DNA of 64,000 bases from positions 2,487,541-2,551,540 of the forward strand of contig CBDEUC010000003.1 of the NCBI GenBank assembly GCA_965243105.1, given 5' to 3'. Position numbers and translations under genes: made by a program. Below, one piece after another: positions 17,973 to 27,886 of the stretch (within the stretch, counting starts at the first letter, position 1; every line of letters starts with the position of its first letter). The notes beneath the pieces were generated by a model. The model saw only the letters and a list, made by a program, of their open reading frames with translations, did not search any database and was not told the DNA's origin. This DNA is from Gammaproteobacteria bacterium. Lineage in GTDB: Bacteria; Pseudomonadota; Gammaproteobacteria; Eutrophobiales; Eutrophobiaceae.

Positions 17973-20666
17973 ATGGGAGTGAGATTCCTGTTTTTAAGTT
18001 TGAGCCTTCTGGTTTGTCCAGGGGCTCTCGCCTGCGATGTTGAGTTGATTTTCTCAAGGTCATTGCCTTCCGCGCAGGGATCAAGGAGTGACCCTGTCGG
18101 AGCGCTGGCAATTCACGAGGAATATTTGCAGCAGGTGTCCTGCAGAAGCAGCCCCGCTACTCGAGCCGGTAGTTCTATCAAGCTTGTCGAGCTAATCCTT
18201 AACAAGGCGCAACATGGGTCGGCTAGCCGGGAAGCCTTGCATGAAAATGCGATTGCGCTGATCAGTGATGCAAAAAATGAAAGTAAGGCTAATGGTTTGT
18301 ATATCGAGTATGCACGCCTTCTTCAATTGCAGTGGGTCCTGCATCTCCAGATAAATGAATCCATAAAAGGCCTGGAGCTGCTACCCGAGGCTATTGATTA
18401 CTTAAAACGAGCTGAAGCTCCCACTGAATTGATCGCGGAGATTTATAAAGATCTTTCCTACACCTATATCCTGGCAGGAGAATTCTCCAGTGCGAAAACA
18501 TACCTGAGACGGGCTGTTGTTCTTACAGTAAATTCCAGCGATGACGATCTAAAAACAGAAATTATCCTGTCTATCGCTGATGCCTATAGAAAAACGGCCG
18601 AGCTCGAAATTGCAACAAGATACTATCGGCAGGCATATTCAATCAACGAGGCGAAAAACAATGAATTCAAGTACGACGCCCTGCTCAAGCTGGGTACCCT
18701 CGACAGGGAACAGGGCTACATTGACAGGGCTGTTAAGAAACATCTTAATTCCTACGAATTCTTTAAAAGTGGAAATTATTACAGGTCACTGGTAGCTGAA
18801 ATCGAACTTGCCCGTGATTTCCTGGCAAAGAGTGATCTTGAACAGTCAAGCAAGTACGCATTACTCGCCTTCAATGATAGTCGTGCGTTCACTGAGCAAA
18901 AACTCGATGCAGTGCTGGTATTGATGAAATCCGATCCGGGTAACTGGGAAAAATGGTCGAATGAAATCCAGGCTATCCTGGAGAGCGCTATAGCAAGATC
19001 AGGCACTGATGTTGCTCACCCGATACGCCAGCTGGAGCATGCTCGCCTGGAACTTGGGTATGTTTCAGAATCAGGAGATGAAGATGCTATCAGGCAAGTA
19101 GGTGAAAAAGGATTACGCGTATTCACAAGGTTACGCGATGACTTGAACCGCTCAGAGGAGGCTTACCACGGCTGGATGGCGTCCGCAAAACCCTTTATCA
19201 GCACCTATATCAAGACACTCTATCACACGGACAAGGAGCGCCTGTTTGATGTCCTTGAAAAAACCTACTCAATTAGTCCGAAACCGAACCAGTTACAAGG
19301 CGCTCCCCTGCTTAATCAGCAAAAGGAACCAGAAGAGATTGCCCTTTTTGAAGCCTATCTTGGCGCCGAGAAAATGGTGGTCGATGCCAGTTCGGACTGG
19401 GAAAAGGAACGTAATACTACTAACAGGGAAAAGCTGGAGCAGCTCAAAACAAGCAGGGACCTGGCAAGAGAAGCTTACCTTGAATCGAGGAAAAGCAAGC
19501 AAGAGAAAATTATTCCTCGGCCCGAAGTCGTCGAAATGACACCGAGTGAAATCGCTCCTGGAGACCTGTTTCTCAGGTATTACCTGCAAAAAGATATCAG
19601 CCTGTTGCTGGCAAGGCATGCGGGTGGTGAAGAGATTATCGAGTTGCCAGCTCGCTCAGAAATAAGAAAGCTGGTGAACGAACTGGACGAGCTTTTCCTG
19701 TCTGGTGGATCGAGCCGTGCAAAGCGACTGCAGTTACTGGGCCAGTTACGGGTGCTGTTGCCAGTACAATTATTGCAGGACAGGGATTTCCTCAGGCTGG
19801 TCATCCTGCCCGATGACGAGATCCACAGGGTACCCTTTTCCGCGATCAACCTGGAAAACCGGGATGGCTTCTATAAACCTGTTTCGAGCAAGTATCGAAT
19901 TACACGAACACATTCGGCATACCAGTACTATGCCGGGAATAGCCAGGGCAACATGAATGTTGAAAATACCGGTGCTGATATCCTGGTATTTGCCGATCCA
20001 CATTTTGACGAATATCGGCATGCTGGTAGTTCCTCAGACTCTTTCAGGAACTGGTCAAGGAACCTTGCTCGATTACCGCACACAGCGGATGAAGCCAGGC
20101 AAATCGTTACTCTTTTCCCCGATAAGAAAACCGCTGTTTTCCAGGGTAAAGAAGCTACGGACGCAATCCTGTTATCAGAGCAGGCAAGATTGGCAAATGT
20201 TCTGCATATTGCCACTCACGGTTACTACAACCAGAACACACCGGACATTGTTGGTGTCGCAACAGCGGTGGAAGACAAGGATGGTAATCCACAAAGGGGT
20301 TTCCTGAGCTTGTCAGCATTGCTGAGCATGCCCTATAACTCGGACTTAATTGTCATCAGCGGTTGTGAAACTATGCTTGGAAAAGAATATGACGGTTTTG
20401 GCGTGCAGGGCCTTGCCCAGGCCTTCATTGCACAAGGTGCTGGCTCCGTTGTCGGTACGCTATGGAAAGTTGCAGATAAACCCACCTCGATATTTATGAG
20501 GTACTTCTACGAGGCGCTGAAATCAAATGGCGGCAACAGTTCCCTGGCATTAAATACTGCCAGGAACAGGTTGGCATCAATGGGGAGATACAGGGATCCG
20601 ATTTACTGGGCTGCATTTGTCCTGACTTCGGCGAATACCTCGTTTGAGGAAAACATTCTTCATTGA
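17973..20666 (+). CDS. Secreted TPR-repeat protein with a C-terminal CHAT (caspase-like) peptidase domain
   Basis: Signal peptide (LLVCPGALA). TPR-like helical repeats. CHAT His/Cys dyad (HIATHGYY and ISGCETMLG). Confidence 0.75.
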   Translation: MGVRFLFLSLSLLVCPGALACDVELIFSRSLPSAQGSRSDPVGALAIHEEYLQQVSCRSSPATRAGSSIKLVELILNKAQHGSASREALHENAIALISDAKNESKANGLYIEYARLLQLQWVLHLQINESIKGLELLPEAIDYLKRAEAPTELIAEIYKDLSYTYILAGEFSSAKTYLRRAVVLTVNSSDDDLKTEIILSIADAYRKTAELEIATRYYRQAYSINEAKNNEFKYDALLKLGTLDREQGYIDRAVKKHLNSYEFFKSGNYYRSLVAEIELARDFLAKSDLEQSSKYALLAFNDSRAFTEQKLDAVLVLMKSDPGNWEKWSNEIQAILESAIARSGTDVAHPIRQLEHARLELGYVSESGDEDAIRQVGEKGLRVFTRLRDDLNRSEEAYHGWMASAKPFISTYIKTLYHTDKERLFDVLEKTYSISPKPNQLQGAPLLNQQKEPEEIALFEAYLGAEKMVVDASSDWEKERNTTNREKLEQLKTSRDLAREAYLESRKSKQEKIIPRPEVVEMTPSEIAPGDLFLRYYLQKDISLLLARHAGGEEIIELPARSEIRKLVNELDELFLSGGSSRAKRLQLLGQLRVLLPVQLLQDRDFLRLVILPDDEIHRVPFSAINLENRDGFYKPVSSKYRITRTHSAYQYYAGNSQGNMNVENTGADILVFADPHFDEYRHAGSSSDSFRNWSRNLARLPHTADEARQIVTLFPDKKTAVFQGKEATDAILLSEQARLANVLHIATHGYYNQNTPDIVGVATAVEDKDGNPQRGFLSLSALLSMPYNSDLIVISGCETMLGKEYDGFGVQGLAQAFIAQGAGSVVGTLWKVADKPTSIFMRYFYEALKSNGGNSSLALNTARNRLASMGRYRDPIYWAAFVLTSANTSFEENILH

Positions 20667-20732
20667 ATAGTGGCTGGGACTCAGGCGATCGTCACCATTA
20701 AATCTGCTTAACCAGGGCTCCAGGCAGGTCGA

Positions 20733-22223
20733 CTAGTCCCAGGAAAAATCACCATCCTGGTTCAAGGGCACCCCTTCCAGTTCAAATGCCCTGACCAGGG
20801 GCTCTAGTTCTGACTCGTAGTTTTTCCAACGGTACACGGACTTACTATAGATAGGTTGCCTGACCTGCCAGCTACTGGCTGTCCTGACGGACCTGCCGAA
20901 CTCCTGTGGTGAAAGACAATTCTCATCCCACTCTAGATCAAGGAAATCCAGGAGAGCTCTAATTTCCCTTTCACCATGACCAACCAGGTCCTGGTATCTC
21001 ATGGTATAAACGGGTATATCCAGGTTCTTTGTCCAGTGCTGCATTAATTTCAGGTACCCGGAGTAATAACAGGCGATATTACTCAAGGTGAAACTGAAAG
21101 ACTGTGAGTCTACAAAATTTTGAAAATAACAGGACAGGCAGGTATCAAGCGTGTTCCTGACACAATGAATAATGCGGGCCCTGGGGAAGATTAGCTTGAT
21201 CAAGGGCAAGTAGGTAAAGTTTGCAGGCATTTTATCAATAAAACGCACAGGACCAGCGCCTACCAGGTTTTCCGCTTTTTCCAGGTAAAGCTGTGCGAAA
21301 TCTTGCAACTTTTCCCTGGTTATATTTTCACGGTAGCCACTGAATGCATCTGATGTACCGGAAGTGATTACCCTACCAGACTTGTTTGTTGATAATTTAC
21401 CGCTAATAACCCTCTTATTTTTACACAATTCAAAATAAAAAAAGTTGTGAATATCTCTCAGCTCTCCCATACCAGCCACATCCCGGTGGGAAGCAAGAAT
21501 TTGCTCTGTTAATGTCGTGCCTGACCGGGGCATGCCGACTATAAAAACAGGCCTGTCATCACTTACCCCGCTTGATTGGACCGAGGCCATATATTCCACT
21601 GAAAAATTGGCAATCAGTTGATTAATATGCTGGTGAAAATCTGTTTGGCTGAATTGTAACTGGACCCGGGCATTGCCTTTACGATAATGACGAAATGCCT
21701 CCCGGTAATTTTTACAGTCATCGTAGATTTTCCCCAATGTAAAATGCAAAGTACATTGTGCGTCTTGCGATATGTCGGGTTGCCTTAAAAGCTCTTCTGC
21801 TTTACTAATTAGAGATTCTTCACCTGAATATTTCTTACAATGTGCCAGTTGATAATAACTGTTAGCAAATGACGGATTTAACTCGAGTGATTTTAAATAC
21901 AGGGTCTCCGCTTCCGAAAAAAGACCCATATCAAACTTGGCATTACCCATCCTGTATATGGGCAAATAGGATTCACCATGTAACTTGATGACCGTGGCAA
22001 GTATTGCTATTGCATCTTCAGCCTTATGTTGTTGTTGAAGTGCCAGGGCAAGCCCGAGCATGGCTGAAAAATTGTTTTCGGACTGTTCAAGTATTTGCCG
22101 GTAAATGATTTCTGCGTCTTCCGGCTTTTTCTCATTATGATACTGGCGCGCCTTCAGCAGTTGTTCGTCGAAGCGGGCTTTCCGTGGCCTTATTTGGCCT
22201 TTTATTTCATAGTTCTTGTTCAT
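20733..22223 (-). CDS. TPR-repeat protein fused to a sulfotransferase domain
   Basis: N-terminal TPRs. PAPS-binding 5'-PSB-like motif GMPRSGTT and a downstream sulfotransferase region. Confidence 0.7.
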   Translation of the reverse strand: MNKNYEIKGQIRPRKARFDEQLLKARQYHNEKKPEDAEIIYRQILEQSENNFSAMLGLALALQQQHKAEDAIAILATVIKLHGESYLPIYRMGNAKFDMGLFSEAETLYLKSLELNPSFANSYYQLAHCKKYSGEESLISKAEELLRQPDISQDAQCTLHFTLGKIYDDCKNYREAFRHYRKGNARVQLQFSQTDFHQHINQLIANFSVEYMASVQSSGVSDDRPVFIVGMPRSGTTLTEQILASHRDVAGMGELRDIHNFFYFELCKNKRVISGKLSTNKSGRVITSGTSDAFSGYRENITREKLQDFAQLYLEKAENLVGAGPVRFIDKMPANFTYLPLIKLIFPRARIIHCVRNTLDTCLSCYFQNFVDSQSFSFTLSNIACYYSGYLKLMQHWTKNLDIPVYTMRYQDLVGHGEREIRALLDFLDLEWDENCLSPQEFGRSVRTASSWQVRQPIYSKSVYRWKNYESELEPLVRAFELEGVPLNQDGDFSWD

Positions 22224-22277
22224 ACACTACTTCGCCATGGAGAAATGCCGTAAAATCGCTAATCATTTCCAAGGTTT

Positions 22278-24425
22278 CTAACTGAAAATATCTCCTGCCC
22301 GGATTTTCTCATCAACGATGGCGGGGCAGCGAAAACGCTCACCATATAAGCTGGTAAGTTCGTTACAGCGCTGACTAAAATTCTCCAGGCCATAGGTATT
22401 GACGAACTGTATAAAGCCCCCGGTCCAGACCGGTGCACCAATGCCCATGATGGAACCGATGTTTCCGTCGACGACTGACCTCAAAACACCGGTTTCAAGA
22501 CATTTGAGAGTTTCAATCACCTGCCTGAATAGCAGCCTGTCCTTCACATCCTGGTCATCAATGTCGAACACGGGGTTGTAATACTTGTCCAGCAGTGAAG
22601 GCCACACGGTCCTGTTACCATCCTCGGTATAGTCATAAAAACCGCCGTTGTGATGTTTACCTCCACGGTTATTTTGATTCACCAGGAAATCCAGTACTTC
22701 CCGTTGAATATCCAGCTCACCCCACTTGTCTTTTTCTCCCATTGCATCCCAGGTCTCAATGATCTTCAATGACAGCTGCTGGCTGACTTCATCATAGATA
22801 GTTATAGGGCCTACAGGCATACCGAGAGCTTTTCCAAGATTATCTATTTTTACCGGGTGAAGTCCTTCGTGCAGCAGGCGGACCCCTTCATTGAGATAGG
22901 TGCCAAAAGTACGCGAAGTGAAAAAGCCCAGTGAATCGTTTACCACGATGGGAGTCTTTCTAATCTGTTGCGTGTAATCAAAGGCACGTGCCAGTGTTTC
23001 ATCGCTGGTTAATTCGCCACAGATGATTTCTACCAGGGGCATCTTGTCTACGGGCGAGAAAAAATGGATGCCGATAAAATTTTCCGGGTGTGAACTTGCC
23101 TGAGCCAACCCGGTAATAGGCAGGGTGGAGGTATTTGAACCCCAGACCCCGTTAGCTACAAGGTATTTTTCCAAAGACTTGATAATTTCATTTTTTACAT
23201 CCTTATTTTCAAAGACGGCTTCGATGATGAGATCGCAGCCCTCAAGCTCATTATCATTCGCGGTTGCCTTGATGAGTCCAAGTACCTGCTCCTTGCCTGG
23301 TTCATCCATACGACCCTGCTGCACTCTCTTGTTCAACAATTTTTCTGAATAGGCTTTACCCCTGTCAGCAGATTCCTGGCTGACGTCTTTCAAGATCACT
23401 TCGATACCGGCCATTGCGGAGACATAGGCGATCCCCTGGCCCATCATTCCTGCACCCAGGACACCGACTTTATTCACCCGGCTTTTCTCCACGTCGACAG
23501 GACGACTGGCGCCGCTATTGACCTTGTTGAGCCCGAAAAAGAAGGTGGTGATCATATTCCTGGCCACATCGGTCTGCACCAGGCGGGTAAAAGCCCGTGA
23601 CTCGACACGCAGTGCCGTGTCAAAGTCCACGGTAGCAGCCTGTACCGCACAATCAAGCACCTCGGCAGGCGCCGGCAGCAGGCCACGGGTTTTCTGCGCC
23701 GTCATGGCAGGCGCGCCCATCAGGACCTGTGCCAGTCGCGGTGAATTTGCACCGCCACCGGGAATCTTGTGACCTTTACGGTCCCAGGGCTGGAAGGCGG
23801 CTTCTTCATTACCTTTTTGTGCAAGAAGCCAGTCTCTTGCCCGAGGTAGCAAATCATCCAGGCTTTGCACCGTCTCGTGGATGAGCCCGGCCTGCAGGGC
23901 CTGTTGAGCATCAAGCTTCCTGCCTTCAAGAAGATAGGGCGCTGATTGTTCCAGTCCAAGCAGGTTGACGGTCCGGACAATTCCACCGGCACCCGGGAGC
24001 AACCCAAGAGTCACTTCCGGCAAACCCAATTGAACCGATTTGTCATCAAGCGCAATGCGGTAGTTGCAGGCAAGGCAAATCTCAAACCCACCCCCGAGAG
24101 CTGCCCCGTTGATAGCCGCAACTACAGGCACCGGCAGCTTTTCAAGACGGCGAAACTGTAATTTTACTTTTTCAACCATGTCAAAGAATTCACTTTCAGA
24201 TCCGGGCTTCACTGCAAGAAGCTCATTCAGATCACCACCTGCAAAGAAAACTTTCTTTGCTGATGCGATAATGACGCCACCCAGTTCTTCTTCTTTCTCC
24301 AGCCTGTCCACGGTGCTGACCATGGCTTCGCGATACTCTGCGTTCATGCAGTTGACCGGGCCTGACTGGTCCATGGTAATCGTGACTATGCCGTCACTGT
24401 CTTTCTCGTATTTAAAAACACTCAT
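22278..24425 (-). CDS. Fatty-acid oxidation complex alpha subunit (enoyl-CoA hydratase/3-hydroxyacyl-CoA dehydrogenase, FadB/FadJ-like)
   Basis: Crotonase fold followed by an NAD-binding 3HCDH domain (GVLGAGMMGQGIA). Start placed at the internal MSVFKYEK so it does not overlap the thiolase. Confidence 0.85.
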   Translation of the reverse strand: MSVFKYEKDSDGIVTITMDQSGPVNCMNAEYREAMVSTVDRLEKEEELGGVIIASAKKVFFAGGDLNELLAVKPGSESEFFDMVEKVKLQFRRLEKLPVPVVAAINGAALGGGFEICLACNYRIALDDKSVQLGLPEVTLGLLPGAGGIVRTVNLLGLEQSAPYLLEGRKLDAQQALQAGLIHETVQSLDDLLPRARDWLLAQKGNEEAAFQPWDRKGHKIPGGGANSPRLAQVLMGAPAMTAQKTRGLLPAPAEVLDCAVQAATVDFDTALRVESRAFTRLVQTDVARNMITTFFFGLNKVNSGASRPVDVEKSRVNKVGVLGAGMMGQGIAYVSAMAGIEVILKDVSQESADRGKAYSEKLLNKRVQQGRMDEPGKEQVLGLIKATANDNELEGCDLIIEAVFENKDVKNEIIKSLEKYLVANGVWGSNTSTLPITGLAQASSHPENFIGIHFFSPVDKMPLVEIICGELTSDETLARAFDYTQQIRKTPIVVNDSLGFFTSRTFGTYLNEGVRLLHEGLHPVKIDNLGKALGMPVGPITIYDEVSQQLSLKIIETWDAMGEKDKWGELDIQREVLDFLVNQNNRGGKHHNGGFYDYTEDGNRTVWPSLLDKYYNPVFDIDDQDVKDRLLFRQVIETLKCLETGVLRSVVDGNIGSIMGIGAPVWTGGFIQFVNTYGLENFSQRCNELTSLYGERFRCPAIVDEKIRAGDIFS

Positions 24426-24438
24426 GCTCAAGATCCTG

Positions 24439-25647
24439 TTATACGCGTTCAATAATGGTCGATATACCCATGCCACCGCCGATGCAAAGAGACAGCATGG
24501 CACGTTTTAACGAACGTCTTTCCAGCTCATCCATCATGGTGCTGACAAGCATTGCACCCGTGGCTCCAAGGGGGTGGCCCATGGCTATGGCACCTCCGTT
24601 AACATTTGTGATTTCATGATCGATATCAAGATCGCGCATGTAACGCATTGCCACCGATGCGAAAGCTTCATTGATTTCCCAAAGGTCAATGTCCTTCTTT
24701 TCCAGGCCGGCCTTTTTAAGGCACTTTTCCGCTGCAGGTCCCGGACCAGTTAACATGATAATAGGATCAGTAGATAACACTGCTGTTGCCACGACACGTC
24801 CCCGGGGTGTCAGTCCGAGATCCTTTCCTGCCTTTTCGCTACCAACCAGGACTGCACTGGATCCGTCGACAATGCCGGAAGAGTTGCCCGGCGTGTGAAC
24901 GTGGTTCACTTTCTGGAGGGTGTTGTATTTCCTGATGATGATGTCATCAAAGCCATACTGGCCCATCGCCTCAAAAGACGGTTTAAGTGCGGCCAGGCCT
25001 GCCATGGACGTGTCGGGCTTGATGAAATCATCTTGGTCAAGGATGGTAATACCGTTTTTGTCTTTGACCGGTACGACGGAACGGTCGAAATAACCATTTT
25101 CCCTGGCATGGCTCGCGCGTTTCTGGGATTCGACGGCATAGGCATCCACGTCTTCACGGGACCATCCCTCGAGCGTGGCAATAGTGTCAGCACCGATACC
25201 CTGTGGCACAAAGCCCGTTTTCATTGCGAAGGCGGCATCCTGCACCATGGCCCCGCCATTACTGAACATGGGTACCCGTGACATTGATTCAATACCCCCG
25301 GCAACTACGAGATCTTCCCAGCCGGAAGCCACCTTCTGTGCGGCAATGTTCACAGCTTCCAGGCCTGAGGCACAAAACCGGTCCAGCTGCATCCCTGCCA
25401 CGGACTCGTCCCAATCGGCATTTTGCACGATCATTTTTGCGACATCGCTACCCTGTTCACCCACCGGCGTCACGCAGCCCATAACCACGTCATCTACGTA
25501 AGAAGTATCAAGGTCGTGCCGGCTTTGAAGTTCCCTCAACAGGCCTGCGCCCAGGTCGATAGGCTTTACCTCGTGCAGGCTGCCGTCCTTTTTACCCTTG
25601 CTGCGAGGGGTTCTCAGGGCATCATAAATATAGGCATTCTCGGGCAT
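24439..25647 (-). CDS. 3-ketoacyl-CoA thiolase (FadA/FadI-like)
   Basis: Thiolase N- and C-terminal signatures with active-site Cys contexts. Lies upstream of fadB/J on the same strand, which is the fadIJ-like order. Confidence 0.85.
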   Translation of the reverse strand: MPENAYIYDALRTPRSKGKKDGSLHEVKPIDLGAGLLRELQSRHDLDTSYVDDVVMGCVTPVGEQGSDVAKMIVQNADWDESVAGMQLDRFCASGLEAVNIAAQKVASGWEDLVVAGGIESMSRVPMFSNGGAMVQDAAFAMKTGFVPQGIGADTIATLEGWSREDVDAYAVESQKRASHARENGYFDRSVVPVKDKNGITILDQDDFIKPDTSMAGLAALKPSFEAMGQYGFDDIIIRKYNTLQKVNHVHTPGNSSGIVDGSSAVLVGSEKAGKDLGLTPRGRVVATAVLSTDPIIMLTGPGPAAEKCLKKAGLEKKDIDLWEINEAFASVAMRYMRDLDIDHEITNVNGGAIAMGHPLGATGAMLVSTMMDELERRSLKRAMLSLCIGGGMGISTIIERV

Positions 25648-25848
25648 TACAGTACTCCAGTTTATAACTCGCCAGCTGGCATAAAATTAATTTCAAGCGG
25701 GCTTGGGAAGATAACCCTTCCTGCGTAACATTCCAAATAAAGAACATTCACTGGCCTGGCTATTATTCCTCGCCAATCAAGCAAAGCACTGTTAAGCTCG
25801 GTTGAAAAAGCTCAATGAGCAAATGGTTTACAAGGCTCAACTGTTGAT

Positions 25849-26748
25849 TTGTTCCACGCGCTCCAGGTTCAGGGCAAGACCCTGATGCTTCGACTTCGCT
25901 CACCCTGCGTCACCCCTTGTAATTTACACTGGATTATCTGCATCACTTTTATTGTGATCCTGGCCGCGAGCCCGGGTATAACTCTTGCAGCGATCATGGG
26001 ACCAACGGACGATCGCCGACAGCCCCGCCTGGAAAGAGATGAGCATGCTTTTGCTGCCACAGGCCAGGTCAAGTGTACGACGATATCGGGTAAACATTCT
26101 GCAACTGCTGCGCTCCTGCATACCCCGGGGCTGGGTAATCGTTATTTTCTAACTGTCGGTCACGCTTTTCTAAATCCAGGCACTGGTGAGAAATTTCGTG
26201 GATGCCGGTTTTCCCTTGCCGGGCGAAGCGGGGAATATCCTGTTCTTCAAAACAGGCACGGTGACGTGATGACCACGGGCTGGGATGGTGATTGGGCAAT
26301 CGGGCAGCTTGCTAATACAGCGGGACTGGAATCCATGAAGGGGTTCAATCTGCGTGCGACGAACCCCTATGACTTTATCAAGAGTCCAGTCCTGCAATTG
26401 CAATACGACACTGAATCGAAGCAGCTACTTGTTGCAGAGAAATGTAAACTGTATCGCATGCAGCTGTGGAACCTGCAACATGGAGAGCGTATTTTTATCC
26501 ATGATTGCGACATTCGCGCGGGTGGTTCCGGTGGCCCCATGGTGGTTAAAAACGATGGTGCTTATCAAATTATCGGGTTTTATTTGGGTACGGTTTCAAG
26601 GAACAGGTATTACGAGATGGAACCTAAAGCGGATTACTCCCTTTTTGATCCGGAGTCCTTTGTCAATGTTTCCCGGCGGGTTGATCCGGAAATATTGCAG
26701 GCTATCGAACAAATGGACAGTATTGGTACTAAGCCCAAACTTCCCTGA
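25849..26748 (+). CDS. Trypsin-like (S1/chymotrypsin-fold) serine protease, membrane-anchored or secreted
   Basis: Catalytic triad contexts TVGHAF (His), DWAIGQL (Asp), GGSGGP (Ser). N-terminal hydrophobic segment. Confidence 0.55.
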   Translation: MFHALQVQGKTLMLRLRSPCVTPCNLHWIICITFIVILAASPGITLAAIMGPTDDRRQPRLERDEHAFAATGQVKCTTISGKHSATAALLHTPGLGNRYFLTVGHAFLNPGTGEKFRGCRFSLAGRSGEYPVLQNRHGDVMTTGWDGDWAIGQLANTAGLESMKGFNLRATNPYDFIKSPVLQLQYDTESKQLLVAEKCKLYRMQLWNLQHGERIFIHDCDIRAGGSGGPMVVKNDGAYQIIGFYLGTVSRNRYYEMEPKADYSLFDPESFVNVSRRVDPEILQAIEQMDSIGTKPKLP

Positions 26749-27886
26749 ATAGTCTCAGGGAATTCAGGCCCAGGATCTTTTCAATACGCTGGGAAGTGTG
26801 TCCGCGAGAGTGAAGCATATCTGCCAGCTGCTGGAATTGACCGGGCCCCTGGATTTCCGGAATAAATGGAGTGACTCCCGGTTTTTCCCCCTTTGCTGCG
26901 ATACCGGCTTTTTTTCTCATTTCATGTTCTTTTCTGAGCGCAGCTCGATAGGCATCCATGTCGTCTACGGCTGTTGTGAGGCCGTCGGTACCAATGCCTA
27001 CGTGGTCTTCGCCACAGATTTTAATCGCATGCTCGATATGGCGGACGATATCCAGTGCTTCAGGAAAGCTGTCTTCTTTAAGAAAAGGCATAAAGTATAT
27101 GCCCACCATGCCACCTTTTTCTGCCAACAGGCGTAGCTCTGCATCGGTCTTGTTGCGCGGAGTATCGGCCAGTGCGCGGCAACCGGTGTGGGTGATGGCA
27201 ACGGGTTTACTCGACGCTCGAATAGCGTCAAGGCATGTTTGCTCACCGCTATGACTCAGGTCTACCAGGGTATTGCTTTCATTCAGCGCTTCTACAACTT
27301 CGTGCCCGAGCCTGGTCAGGCCCCTGTTTTCCTGCACCATGGAACCATCACCCACCTTGTTGCGCAGGTTGTAGGTGAGCTGTATTACCTTGACACCGAG
27401 ATTCGCGAAGGTAGAAACCCGCTCCGGCTTATCATCGAGCATCAGGGAATTTTGAAAACCCATGATGATTCCGACCCTGTTTTCCTCGTGGGCCTTCCTG
27501 ATATCTTCCGTCGACCAGGTTTTTAACAGGTGTTTTGAGTTTTCCCTGATTATTCGATTCCAGTTGGACACGCTTTGAACACTATATTCAAATGGCTCCA
27601 TGGGACCGGCGACGTAACCGATAGTGACATTGATTGCGGTGGTTCCGGATGCAAGTACGTCCTCGATGGTGCGCGGACCCAGGCTTGACGCCGGGGCGCT
27701 GATTTCATAGCCCGGCAGGTTTGGGTTTGCAAGAAAGCCAAGGTTATTGATAACAAGCGGATTGCTTAATCCCGGGAACGTAACGGTCTCTGGAATTGCC
27801 TGTTTTTCACCAGCCAGTAGTTTTTTTGAGGATAGTGAAAGGGCCAGTGAATAACCGAGGAGTTCCCTGCGCGTAATCCTGCTCAA
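26729..27886 (-). CDS. Membrane dipeptidase (peptidase M19 family) with Tat signal
   Basis: Twin-arginine motif RRELL. Renal-dipeptidase-like motifs (DLSHSG, HVGIGTDG). Confidence 0.65.
   Translation of the reverse strand: MSRITRRELLGYSLALSLSSKKLLAGEKQAIPETVTFPGLSNPLVINNLGFLANPNLPGYEISAPASSLGPRTIEDVLASGTTAINVTIGYVAGPMEPFEYSVQSVSNWNRIIRENSKHLLKTWSTEDIRKAHEENRVGIIMGFQNSLMLDDKPERVSTFANLGVKVIQLTYNLRNKVGDGSMVQENRGLTRLGHEVVEALNESNTLVDLSHSGEQTCLDAIRASSKPVAITHTGCRALADTPRNKTDAELRLLAEKGGMVGIYFMPFLKEDSFPEALDIVRHIEHAIKICGEDHVGIGTDGLTTAVDDMDAYRAALRKEHEMRKKAGIAAKGEKPGVTPFIPEIQGPGQFQQLADMLHSRGHTSQRIEKILGLNSLRLFREVWA

Noticed and set aside
17973-20666. Considered whether the TPR-CHAT gene marks a type III-E CRISPR (Craspase) locus
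   Set aside because: There is no repeat array, no gRAMP/Cas7-11-like large gene and no RpoE-Csx30-Csx31 arrangement. The CHAT protein here has a signal peptide, unlike Csx29.
20651-20730. 8-bp inverted repeat CTGGGACT ... AGTCCCAG between the convergent CHAT and sulfotransferase genes
   Set aside because: The arms are short and the loop is about 50 nt, so it is not convincing as a terminator or as a mobile-element end.
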